Origin: Thalia democratica
Lineage: Eukaryota
Length of the DNA: 64,000 nt
Assembly: GCA_965202585.1 (NCBI GenBank)
Contig: OZ241830.1
Coordinates: 15,810,001-15,874,000 of the forward strand
Reading direction: 5' to 3'
The notes below the pieces were generated by a model. It was given only the letters and a program-made list of their open reading frames with translations. It was not told where the DNA came from and did no database searches. This document shows, piece by piece, positions 47,641 through 61,000 of the stretch; position 1 is the first letter of the stretch, and the number at the start of each line of letters is the position of its first letter. A program made the translations under genes and the position numbers.

Positions 47641-50600
47641 CTCATAAGCAGTCGCCCTGTATACTATGGCAAGAAATTAAAGTTTTACGGGTTAAATAAA
47701 TAAGTTTTCTATAAAAAGTTCAAGGAGATCAGAGGGTAAACACGACAAAAAATTTATTGAATCTTAATGTGTTGTAATAAAAGTTAAAAGACTAATAGTA
47801 TTATTTTTTTAGCTAGTTAGTTTTATATATATTTTTTTGTAATAGTTAACTAATACACACAGTTGAAAACGTTAACTTGAAAGTACACAATTGATTAAGT
47901 TTGTTTGATATTAATAAGTTATTAACTTTACTAATTTAATAGTATTAAGAAGTTAAGGCGAAAGTTGAACTTTTATATATCTTAATTAGCAAAACTAACA
48001 ACAACATACAGTTTTCTAAGTCAAAAATGGTCTTTGTTTGCAATTTAAAGCCATAATCATAGTTTTATAATTACACGTAATTCAAAGCGTGTTCTTCTAA
48101 ACGTCACTAACAACAAATCATCGTTGATCGTAGATCAAGTTAAAAGATAACAAGCAGATAAGAAGCTTCACGAAAATATAATCCCCGGCTTAGAAGGAGC
48201 GCGCGTATGCTGACAACAAACTTCTAAACAAAACTTTCATTTTTGGCGCCAAACCAATCATGGTTGCCATGACAACTTTGACGCGAAGCGGTTTTGTTAG
48301 CACTGATTGGGCTTAACAAGACAAAACAAATATGATGCAAAGGAAAATAATCGGATTGTCAAAACTGTGTTTGCGCAAACTCAGTTATTTGACTGGAACG
48401 TCTTACTGTGGCTTGATTGCCTTTAGAACCTTCTAATGAGTTTGAATAAAGTTAAAAACTTCTTATATGTTTCGTTTAATTTAAAACGTTCTATTCAATT
48501 AAAAAAAACTTGTTTAAATCGTAAGCTTTTTGACCTGCTTAATTCTACAAATATTATTCAAAACTTCTTTTTTAAGTGTTTGAAGAGAATATTACGAATA
48601 TTGTTTTCATAAGTTTGCTAAAACTAAAATTTGCTTTTTAAAACAACTAGATACTTATAAGCAAGCCGTAAAAACAAGGTCAAAAACAAGTTCTAGTTAT
48701 TAATTTTTCTGACAGTTATACCAGAAAATTTCATTTATAAAGGCTGTTTTAACCATTGAAAGTTTTTAATAAACATAAAAAGATTTAAAAATAGTTGGGT
48801 AAAAATACAGTACTCAGCTTTTATAATGTTTTAGAGCATTTTTAAACTAAATACTTACGATTTATTCTACTTTAAATTTCAGTAGAACAGAGTAAACATA
48901 AACTATTGATTCTTATTTAAGTTTATTTATGATCTTTTAAAGTAAAGTAAAACTTAAAATAAACTTAAAACAAAAGTTTGATAAACATTCACTAATTTTA
49001 CTTACTTATAGAACCTAACGTTTTGTTTTCATTAATGTAAATATTTAATAATTTACATTTATAAAAAAAAACATTATTGGTATCTAAACTCAATTTTTTG
49101 CTTCTAAAAGATTTAAATTACACCAATTTGTTTTAAATATTTCTTCAAACAACTAACCTACCTTCTTATAAGTATTAAAGAGTTTAGCGTGTTCCTCAAA
49201 ATATCAAATGAATATTTAACACTTTTAAATTCTCATAGGCGCCATATTTTGAAGCTTATTAATAATCAGCTTATCAAAATGAAATTAACCAATTACAACT
49301 CGCCACCAATCAAAAAATACGGCGCCAAATAATAATTATGTGAATCTTCTAATTTGATTATTGCCGGCGTCGCAAATCCGCTTTTGTTACGTCATTATCA
49401 GCAGATTTTCACGTCACACCGGTGCCAGATGGAATTTCGTTTGCCAAAAAATATAGAGATGTTCAAATCTATTATGAAGCCCTGACTTCGATTATATATT
49501 GTAAATGTCTTTATAACTTTTTGTTTTTTTATGAGAATATTAAAGCTTAAATTGTTTCATAATTATAAATTAATATAAGAATAAATATATAATATATACC
49601 TAGTTATATATAATAATTTTTAAATATCCAGCTAGAAATAATTATGTCATAAAGAGTTAAGTATAAAAGTCTGTAACTATTTTTAAATAGAAATTAAAAG
49701 ATTGTTGTATATAACTAAATTTATACCATAATCTTATCAGTTTTATGGAAGGTTATTCCGATGATGCGCTAAACAAAACTAATTAATATACTTTTTCTAA
49801 ATGAGTGACTTATAATTAAACTTTTTAGTTTTAAAATTATTAACAAAACCAAACTACTCAATAACATATATACTATTTTTAAATAAGTATGTAAAGTAAT
49901 TTTTATTTATGGTTATTTTTTTCTAAAAGCAACACTTATGTGTTTAATGCGAAATAGTGTGTTAGCTTTTAATAATTTAACAATAAGTATAAAATTTTCG
50001 AAGAAAATAAAACTATTTTCACATATATGTGTAAACTGTGGTCAATTTACATATTTTAAACAAAAACTTTGCCGATATCAGGTTATAAACTAACAGCCAT
50101 AGTACCAAATATGTTTCAGATAAGATTAATTCTGCAGTTTTTTCAAAATTTCGGCATCAAAAGCAGTTTTTTGTCTCGACGTTTAAAACAAGTTCAAAAG
50201 CACTTTTAATCTATTAAGAAGTATAAAGAAGCTCAAACTAATAGTCATCGAAGTTTGATAAAGTTATATCAGAAAAAAAAACTTTCACCTTTTCTAAGCT
50301 TATCGCCATTACGTCACACTGAAGAATGACGTCACAATAAAGTTTGCATGTTGCCAGCTGATGTACGTAGTTTTGGGTGCATTATTTAAATTTAAGGACA
50401 AATTAAACTAGTTGATGGGTATGATTTACATGTTTCTCTGTATGTTATTTATGTTACAGTTTTCATGAATGTATCGATTATAATAACCTTATAAGAATTT
50501 AATAAAACAAACACATAGGTTCTGAAATAGTAACTAATTTCTAGAAAAATAGATGAGTTGAGTTTTATATATAATCTAATAAAAATATAGGTTTAGAAAA

Positions 50601-53272
50601 ACCGTTTTCAGATTAGTAATCTTTTAATTGTAATATTTGTTTAAACTGCATCCATTAAGGTTAACTATTTAAAATTTACTTTATATTTTTAGAAAAAAAA
50701 TAACTTAATCTTATATTTTCAATTCTTTTTTAAAAAACCAAACTGTTTATTTTTGCTTTTATTTAAAACATTATATTTGATAACTTTATATAGTCTAGTT
50801 TTAATCTGTAAAACATCCATCAAGTTAATATTTAATAAAATAGCATATTTTGAAATAACAATCTAATTAATTAAACTATTGAGCTAAAACTTAAAGTTAT
50901 AACATTTGACGAAGACATACCAACTAATAATGTCAAAGAAATTTTTATATAAACACCTAAAGTAATGCATTATCATAAAATTGTGGCGCGACAGTCGTCA
51001 GGGTAACTTTTTGACATTTTACCAAGCCTATGACGCCAGCAAAACATATCATGTAGAATTCTTTCGACAATAATACGGTAGAAGTTTGGAAGCGCAAATT
51101 TGTTTATGGAAAACAAATCAACGGAGTCTACAAGATCAAAAAATTTGATGAAAACATTGATAAGCTACCTAAAATTAAGAGCTCTTATTAAAAATCGATT
51201 ATCTCCAACCGGCTAGGGTTTAAGAGGTTTAAAGTTGACTGTTTCTTTTTTTTTTGTAAACTTTTAACTTTTAAAATGTTGTGTATATTGCTTTATATTT
51301 ATTTAATTTAGTACAACAATAATGTTAGTTTAAACTCAGTGTTTGTATAAACAAATTAATGGAGTCTGTCTGATTCTTATACAAAATCACATAAGAAATT
51401 TTAGGAAACATAAATAAGCTAGAAACAAAACGTTTTTGTTTTGTCTGCAGTCTGTGTTTTTAATTAGTAAGCATAGAAAAAACGACTCTCTTTGACTTTT
51501 TAAAAATTTTAAAGCGCTTTTTACATAAATAAAGTAAAATCTTGTTTAGTCAGTATTTTACTGAAAAAAAAACTTCAATCATGTTTGTTTATAGTTATAT
51601 TTTGTTAATAAATATAAATTAAATATTCAGGTTATAACTTAAAATAATAGTTAGTACGAGGCAAACAGTTGTATAAAGTTTATTCTAACTAAAAAAATAA
51701 ATTTATACCTACAAATGATAATTATTGCTACCGAAAACAAACTTCTTGTATTGTTACTTTATATTCTAATTTACAACACAATCAAATGAACTGTATATTT
51801 TCTTTTCTCGAAACAAAAATAAAGCATTTTACAAAACTGCGACTTACTGACTACTCTTTGACCCAGATGACAATTTAACTTTGTTATTACAAACTTTTAA
51901 TCTTTTGTCAATCAGCGTCGACCACTGGCACCAGTCGAATGTGCAAATGACAATAAGAAACGAAAGTTTATTTGCACAAGCGAAAGGCGCGACCCCAATT
52001 CGAGGTTGAAATAACAACTTGTGCAGTTTTCAATTCTGTTAAATTCTGTTGTGCGGGCATTAATGTTTGTTTACGTGCTCGTTAGTGTAATGTTGTGATT
52101 GCTAGTTTACAAAAGGGCGGTTTTGTAAGTTTTGAAGGGAAATTGGACTTCAAAAGGGGTGTCGGATTGTGTAAATATTTACAAGCTGTCATAATTGTAA
52201 CGGTTTGTTAATTTGTTTCGGAAGTTTGTGATAATAAACTAGTGGTTTTGTCACGCAATATAGATTGCTCAAGTTTACAAATCGTTTGTTTTTATGTGAC
52301 TTGTAAAATTATCTGTTTAAACAAGTGTTACTAACTTAAACAAGTTTAGTGTTTTGATATTATTATTATGAGCAATTTTAATATAAACATTAAACATAAG
52401 CATATATTTTCTAATAAAAAATAGTAAGTGTTTATTGATGTCAAATAAAGTAGACTATTCTTTTGAAAATTAATTTTAAATTAATTATCTCATTACTAAT
52501 TTACTTAATTTCGAATCTATAAAAATCTATTTTAAACCAGTGGTTTGTCTTTTGATAGTTTTATAGTTTGTTTAGTTTAGTAATTTATAAATATAATTAA
52601 GTTTAACAAAACTTTAAAGTTCTTATTTGTTTAAAAAACTTTAGATTATTCATTTAAAAAGGTTTAAAATAGTTTTAGTAAAAGTTGTAAGGAATTTAAG
52701 TACTACGATTTTCACATATCTTATATTCTTCAAAAAGCAGTTGATTAGTAATACATATTTGCTTGACAAATAGTTTTTGAAATATTCATCAGATTCAAGA
52801 ACTACAAGCAAAAAGAGTTTGCGTAAACTAACTAAGAATGATATACTTGATCATGATTAACAAAATTAATAACTTAATTTCAAATTTGAGAAACTTTAGA
52901 AAATAAACCACAGATTTAATGGACAATAAATGTTAATGATGCATTTGTTCGTTAACTAGCAATTCGGAAGGTCAAACCATTATTTAAAGTGTAAACAGGG
53001 TCTTGTGTATTTTTTTCAAGGCAATTCCGTAGAGACTTTTGCATTTAGTTAGCGCCTAAATAAAAGCTTTTGCCTGTAATAATTCTAAAATAACAGCTTT
53101 AAATCGCTGCTAAATCAACTAATTAACTGTTGTAGCCTATTTAAAACACTTTCAGGAAGTGTAAACAAGCCCTAAAAGTCGCTTTTCTATCAGAAAGCAA
53201 ACAATTTAGTGTGTGCTTTTTAATTATGATTTCTGCTAATCGAATTTGTAGAAAGTATTTTTTTATAAATTG

Positions 53273-53287
53273 AAACACATAGGCGCC
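53273..53287 (-). promoter_or_regulatory. Paralogous BMP-responsive element upstream of gremlin B, with one mismatch in the Smad4 half-site
   Basis: Minus strand reads GGCGCC-tatgt-GTTT. It is the mirror of 36494-36508. Confidence 0.45.
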
Positions 53288-56264
53288 CGGTGAGTGTTAA
53301 CAAATATTTATTATTTATCAAATTTTTCATTGACGCCTCGTGCGAGACTGGATATTTAAAAAGTTTTTTGTGCGGCGAATGAAAACGTTAATTGGCGTTT
53401 AATCAGATTTGCGAGTGATTGGACTTTTTACAATAACAAACTTGTGTCGTCTGGCGCGAAATATAGTGTTGCCGACTCATCGTTATCTAATTCATTTTCA
53501 TTTTCTGGTGTTTTTAGAGATATTCTCAACGAGTAGCGCCGACTTAGCTACAAATTGGTGTTATTAACTTTGAATAAACAAAATTATAACTTATTTAAGC
53601 TTATGAAAAGATTTGTGAAATAAAGTATAAAATAAAATGATTAGTCTGTTAATGTTAAGTTGCAAATGGTATATAAATACGGTTAAAAACTTCCTATACT
53701 AGTAAAATTATAACTGTTCAAAAAAATTACAAACATTTTTGTGTAGTAATTCAATAAAGTTATATTCAGCGATTGATATTAAAAAACGAAACTGTACGAT
53801 AAAAACAAAAATTGACTACTTCCAGTCTACAACAAAGTAGAGTAAAAGTTACAAAAGTGACGTAACTGTTAAACTTTTTTGAACAGTTTTGGCGCGATTT
53901 TATAATTTTTACTTTTTAAAATAAAAAAGTTGTAGAATTTTATCATATGTATTTTAAAACAACAAATGTCTAATGACTGGTGCCAATTAACAAATGTTTC
54001 TACGTAAAATACCTTGCTGGCTCCAGCTATTTCGAGAAAGTCAACAAAAACAACTATTTCAAGACTTGTTTTCATTTAAACATAAACTGCTTTGACTGAA
54101 ACTGAAAAATTGAGCTTTGACTATAAAATCACTCAACTAAATGATCGAAGTAATTATAAAAGCTTGTTATTTATATTTAAGTGCTTCGCTGGTATGCTGT
54201 AAACCGGTTTGAAATTATTTTGCTGATGTTCAAGCTTAGTGCATAACACTAAAGTTTTTTGATTAACTTTACTTTTATTTTAGTATCCAATATACTCGTA
54301 TTTGAAAGCTTATAAGCTAACTTACAAAAATAAAGGTTTTTGATGTTAAAACCTAAAATTTGTTTACTGAAAGTAAAAACTAAGTACTCTAAGTAGTTTG
54401 TAAATTATATATGGTATTATTTTTATTGCTTAAGTTTTAAAAAGTGTTGCTGATGTTTCTATCATATCAAAATAGAATATATATATATAGAATCAAATAT
54501 ACATAAAATATAAGATTGTTCTAAACAGTTGTACAGGTTTTAATCTTTTAACTAATAAGTTCGTAAAATGCTTCGATAGTTTTTATTTTGAATAATTTTT
54601 TGATTAATTTCTTCTTTTGTCAAATTTATTTAAAAAGATTTTTTAAATATTAATTTAACTTTAGTTTTATGTTGAACACTGATTATTAAAGGAACTTCGT
54701 TTGAACTTTCTTTCAAATATTTGTACTAATAGCTGTATGTTCAACTTGACATTTTTTCGAATCTAGTAGTTTACATTGTAATGCATTCATACTACTATAA
54801 TGTTATTTTTTTTCCAGCCAAACCATTTAACTTTATGCTTATGTATTTATAGTTAAGAATGCACGGAATTTTCAAAATGCAACTATCTATAAGATATCTG
54901 TAAGGTTATCAAAACAAATGTATTAAAAACACATAGGGTTTATCATATGCTTATTATGAAATTACGTAATTATAAGCTATTATTCAAGTAATTAAACGAT
55001 TGTTATGATATAAATTAAACTGAAGCTATATAACAAGCAACTGTACTGATGTAATATTTTTAAAACCGCTTAACAGTGTTTAAGCCCCTTATAATCTATA
55101 AAAAAAAATTAATGTATATTTTTCACTCACATCTTAAACTAATAGAAAACTTTTTAATGTGTTTTCAAAAAACTTTTGTTTCTCATAAAATCGTAAAATA
55201 AAATTGTAAATAAGTCGACAGTTCTTAATTTTTTTATAAAGCTCATTTTTTCATATTGACTGACAAAAAATGTGATTTCTATATAATGATTTTTTTTATG
55301 TTGCGGTGTTATGTCATGCAGCTTTTATAAGGATTTCTATTAAATCTTGAAGCTTAAAATATTTGAGGCTTTAATAATATAATTAGACTTTTGAGGTATA
55401 AAACACATATATTTTACTTAGTACAAGTTAGATTTTATATTTGTTTTGAACTTACGTAAAAAATACAAAACTTTGTTTAAAAACCTTTTTGAAAGTAAGA
55501 ACGAGAGAATAAAAAGTTTGGAGAAAAAATGCAAACTTACTTAATAAGAAGCGTATTTATCTTATTTGTTGTATAATTTATTCAAAAGACTGCTGAAAAA
55601 CTGAAACAGATATATTTGTTGAAAAGAAGCTAATAATTAGTTTTTTATTAGTTAATTCTCTATCAGTCTGTTATACTACAACTTGAAGTTTAATAAAATC
55701 TGTTTTTTTTTGCCGTTCGTATAAGTATCAGTTCTAGTGAATAACAAAATAAATTAAAACTAAAATTAGGCGTTTTAAGTTACAACAGTATGAAAGTGTT
55801 TTAAAAAAAGTAAATTTAAACTTGTTCTAGTTAGTACAAAAAACTCTTCAAGCAGATATTTTTAAATAATTCTAGAGTAAGGTTTGTTGTTAAGCTTTGA
55901 AATAATTGACAGACAACAGCTAAAACTTTATTTAAAAAAATTACATCACATAAATAATTACATCTTGATAATCAAAGAATATAAAAGAGTTGTGTATTGC
56001 TAAAATATAGAAAATTATATAAGTTATTATTAAATATAAGTTATTTTACAAGAAAACTTTAAAGAAGGTACGACTAGTTGTTTCAGTATTTATAACAGTT
56101 GCAGTATTAAAATTTAATTTCAGAAACAAAACTAGTTTTAGTTGTATATAGTTTATTTATTTTTGTTTTTATATTCGAAAAGTTTACTGTAAAAGTTTTA
56201 TTAAAACCGTTAGTTAATTTGTATACTCGTTCACAGATTTAAGCATACTAAGAAATTTTTTATC

Positions 56265-58066
56265 ATGGCCAAGATAATTCTGTCCCTCCTCCTTCTACTT
56301 CAACTCTCACTCGGGGGTAATTCCCGTCGTTGGAAGCCGTACAATGCGAGGAGGAAGGATGCGGATTTGCTGAAGTCAACACAAGAGGCGCTAGTGGTTG
56401 CAAACAAAAAACTTGTTAAGAAGGACTGGTGTAAAACGAAGTTTGTCACACAAATTATCACCACTGAAGATGGCCTTTGTACGGGAAAAATTAGAAACAG
56501 GTCAGGTGTTTGTTTATCAACAAAAACATGTTGTTTATCAAAATAAGTAGTTCTTTTAAAATAGTGCTTAAAAGAGCTAAACATTATTAAGTAAAACTTT
56601 AACGACGAAGCATTTTTATTAAAACTAAATTATAACTAAAACAATTAAATCTAAATATTTCAAATGAAAAAAAAAGTATAAGAATTGATACAGAATATTT
56701 TGTAAGTCTAAGAACGTGTAGAATTTTTTTATTTTTCACTAAATTGAAACATCTTTAAATTTTTCTTAATTTAATTTTTTTTTATTTAGGTTAAACTAGG
56801 GTCGACGTGTGATAACGTAATAGAGGTTGAGCAAAAAAAAAACAAATTAATTATATGTTATATTAAGCTTTTTTATTAGTTTTTATTACAAATGTACATA
56901 AAAATACTTTTGAAGAATTTGTTTTGCTTCAATGACTTCACAATACATCACAATACACTATCTCGTGGTTTGAAATAATTAAATGTTAGTTAGTAAATAA
57001 TTCCGAAAATAAATAATTAACCTAACAGGAATCGTTATGACAAAGCAGTGACTCTTAAAGTAATTAAACCAATGTACAACCAGCCTACATACGTTGCTGT
57101 ATTTAAAATAATAAAATATATTTTTTAGTAGAGTGATAAAAAACAAAAATAAGCAAAAAAAAGGTTTAAGTGATAAAGTTAACTTAATTACTTATATTTT
57201 TTATTTTATACAAAATTTTGTAAATTTATCATGTTTTACTTAGTGTGATTCCAGATTATGAAAAATTGTAAAAACAAATAACATTTTTAAGCGTTTTTGT
57301 TAAAATATAAAGTAAGCTGATCATGTGTAGTAAGCTAAGGAATACTAACAATATGTAAAACTGTTGTAAGTACCAAATAAGTTGTAGTTATTAACCTAAT
57401 AAAATATATGTTGATTTTCCGAGCCTATCTAAGTATGAGTTCTGTTAACATGAATTTCAAACACTAATGACAATTTATTCATAAATTGCGAAAGTTATAA
57501 TGCATAACAAAATTACAGGACTGAATTTATTCCGATGTGTTAAGATATTTTTTAAAGACAATATAAAATTACAATTGTTTGTACTTTTACTCTTTTACAA
57601 AATATTGTCATGTAATTTATGTTTTTATAAACAGCAAATTATAAATGATAGATGCAAGAGCTGGAAATTTTTTATTGTGTTTCTGTACTTAACACATTTT
57701 TAATTTAATTGAAAATTTATTATTTTCCACAACAGGTTCTGCTACGGACAATGCAATTCATTTTTCATCCCAACCTCGATAAAAATCCCAAACGACAAAT
57801 CAACAGTCGACACTTCAACTTTCGACCACTTTAAATCTTGCTCGTTCTGCATGCCGTACGATTACGAAAAAGTAACCGCCAGGTTGCGCTGCGGAGGAAA
57901 GGAGAAAGGAAGTAGAAGGAGGGTGAGGAGAAAGTTTTTGAGGATCAAAAGCTGCCAGTGCCAGTCAACACCGCGCCTTGGGGAGGGAATGCCTGTGACG
58001 TCACAATTAAACATTACGTCATCACAAGCAGGTGTGACGTCACAGTTTAACAGGACGGAGGTTTAG
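56265..58066 (+). CDS. grem: Gremlin-like DAN-family BMP antagonist, copy B, 188 aa; two exons
   Basis: Exon 1 is 56265-56500 (donor AG|gtcagg) and exon 2 is 57736-58066 (acceptor ccacaacag). Same nine cysteines and a near-identical core to copy A, with a shorter C-terminal tail. Confidence 0.93.
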
Positions 58067-61000
58067 GAAAATGTTGAATTACAGTTCAACAACTATGCTT
58101 TGATTAGAGGTGGGAGATGAAAAGAAGAATTTGAATGTTTTTATATACTGACTATATGTAATTTGCTTTCGAGTTACAACATAAAGTTATACTTACAGTT
58201 AAAAAAATAATTTGTCGTAAATTTATGATTATACAATGAAATTAATGTATGACCAACTTACATAAGTATCATCTTTAATTTGAATTTATATTGTCGTTGA
58301 GAAATTTTTCAGTTTAAAAAGTATTAATGTTTTATACAACTTATAAATTTATTGTAAAATATAGTTATATAAACTAGCATGTTTTATAATTTATCAATAA
58401 ATAATATCACTGCTTTTTCTTTAAAAAATATTTAAAATTATGTTTTTTTAGTTTTTAAAATATTTTTAACAAGCCTACTAATACCTTAAATACTAGCCAT
58501 TAGGAGTATCAATAGCTTCTGTTTAGAAAAAAGCTTATGTTTCTACTTAGGTTTGTTTGTTCATATCTATAAAAACATAAATGTTTAATTATTTTAGGCT
58601 TACAATTCTGTATCAAGTTTTAACATTAGCAATGTAGTTGTAAAATATTTGTTACTAAAACTAACAATTATTTAAAAAAAAATCTAAACTTTGAAGTTTA
58701 TATTCCTTTATAGTTATAGAAAACCCGATAAACGTAAAAGGTTTTTAAACATTTTATTTAAAACATTTTTAATTTTTATAGTACTATAAAATGAATTACG
58801 TTTGTGTGATTAATGAACAAATTAAACAGCTTAACCGCCCTGAATAGTTTGAAGATTTTATATGTTTTTATAAAAATATATACATTTACATAAATATAAA
58901 CGAAAACTTTAAAACTGTTATAGAAATTTGAAAACAATATAAGAAACTATGTAACAAAAACTTAAAACAAGTACAATATTTTTTTATTAAGAGTTAAACT
59001 TTAATAGCAAAAATACGATTACATTGGGATAGATATGTATTATTAATAAAATATGGTTAAAAAGTGTAGATATTATGAAAAATAAACAAGTTTTGAATTA
59101 AAAAAAGCTTTGCTATAAAGGAATATTTTGTTATATAATCAAAGTATAGGATAAAAATATTAAACTAAATTAAACAGATAATTTTATAAGTGGATAATAA
59201 ATTATAAATTTTAGCTTAAATCTGATTTAAATAATCAAAAAATTTAAGTTTTTAATTAGATAACTAAATAAATAGTGAGATTTTTTTAAACTTCAAAAGT
59301 TCAGAATCAGTTTTTATTTGTAACATTCAATAAACCATAGCAATTGCAGCAGTTACTTTTAGAAAAAGCTAATTTGTTGCAACTTTATGCTAATACTTGG
59401 CTAAACAAACTGTAAGAAATAACTTTGATACATAAACTATAAGTTTTGTGATCTTAAAGTAAAATAGTTTTTTGATTCAAAATTAAGTTTTTTCAGAATT
59501 ATATTTACCTTAAGTATGTGTAATTAAAAAACGATTAATTAAAACAAAGTCGACAATTTAGTTAGTGTCTAGATTATAAAAACATTATCTATTAATTTTA
59601 GCAGTAACACATATTATAAATACAAAAAACTTAAACTTGTTTTTTAATAATTTATAGCGCTCAGCAAAACTGCAAATTACATCGAAAATAACCAAAAAAT
59701 GAGTAGAAGTAAAACTTTTCAAACGAGCTAAAATGCGCAAGTTCTAATTTTTATGAAGCTTTTTTTGCATTTGTTTTAAACATTTTTTGTTTAGATATTT
59801 AACTTTTAGTTGATTTTAAAGTAAAATGAATTAATCAATTTAAAACTTATAGCACATTTCAGTTTTGTGTTAGCAACTTAAAATGTTTAAAAAAAAAATT
59901 AAATGCTTAAACTTTAACTGATAACTTTTAGTTTTGTTTATTATAACTGTTTTAATATAACTGATTATTTATTAACATAAGTTTCCTCGTGACGTCAGCA
60001 AAACAACACCACAAGCCTTCGTTTCAATTTGAAATACTTTAATAAACACAAACCTTAGAAATATAAATGAGGTAGTTATTGGTACAATCTGTATAAACTT
60101 TTAAAGTTACTCAAAGTAACTCTATAAAGAAACAACACAGTAAAAAGTTTAAACACTTATAACCTTTGTTTTGTTTTTCATTCGAAATAAATTACTGTCA
60201 AATTGTGCTATATAGGAAACGATGTTTAGAAAATGTTATAATAAAATGAGTTTAAAAGTAAACATTTTATTTTAAAAAATTTAAGTTATCTGAATACTTT
60301 ATACCTTAACAAAATACTTCAAACGTAATTATAGAAATTACAGTAAAAAATAAGACAATTTAATGTACAACAGCTTATTTATTGACAAATTAGTTAACAA
60401 ACACTTTACTTAGATTTTCAAGTTTTATAACATAATATTATAAATAAAAATTTTTAAATTAGTTTATAAGTAATTTTTTCTTGTGTAGTATAAATGTTTG
60501 CAATGAAATGTTTTTATTTTAAGATAATGCAATCTACTTTCAGTTCAATTACTAAATTAATTATTATTGTTATTTAAAGTACTGCACTTTGTTTGTTGGT
60601 ATTCGTTACCCGAAAAATGTTTATTATTTTATACGATACACTAAACTTAATTTTTGTTTGAGCACTAGCACTCCTAGTGAGTTTATATTACGTTGAATCA
60701 GATTTAGTTGTCGCATTTAAGGTGAGAAGTTAAACACGAGCACTTTTCAATCAATAGATAAACTGATTTAAAAAATTGGCTAAAAATATTATTTCTTTAA
60801 ATCAACATTCTTATGTCGTCATCAAGTTTTATTTTAGGTGTAATTCGATGTTCACAGAACAAGGTTGTATTTAATGTATTGAATTTATAAAAAATATTTT
60901 GATGAATTACATTAAAAAGTAAACAAAACTTTAGACAACAAACTTTCTAACTTAAATTTAATATTTATTATGAAAAATCAATACAATTTAATTTAAATTA

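Larger units (their letters stand above)
32033..58066. repeat. Large inverted segmental duplication: arm A about 32033-42850, arm B about 47395-58066, spacer about 4.5 kb
   Basis: Collinear reverse-complement block pairs, approximate: exon 2 32033-32477 / 57736-58066; exon 1 33336-33577 / 56265-56500; 34795-35000 / 54895-55085; 35700-36200 / 53740-54210; 36285-36800 / 52965-53500; 37660-38600 / 51420-52330; 38700-39010 / 50970-51245; 40230-40610 / 49090-49420; 41925-42130 / 48180-48420; 42600-42850 / 47395-47640. Confidence 0.93.

Noticed and set aside
13325-57703. Many 60-112 aa AT-rich ORFs in the ORF track (for example 20425, 30742, 36016, 41006, 43612, 46301, 53869, 57500)
   Set aside because: They have low-complexity Phe/Leu/Ile/Lys composition expected by chance in AT-rich DNA, with no domains or splice support.
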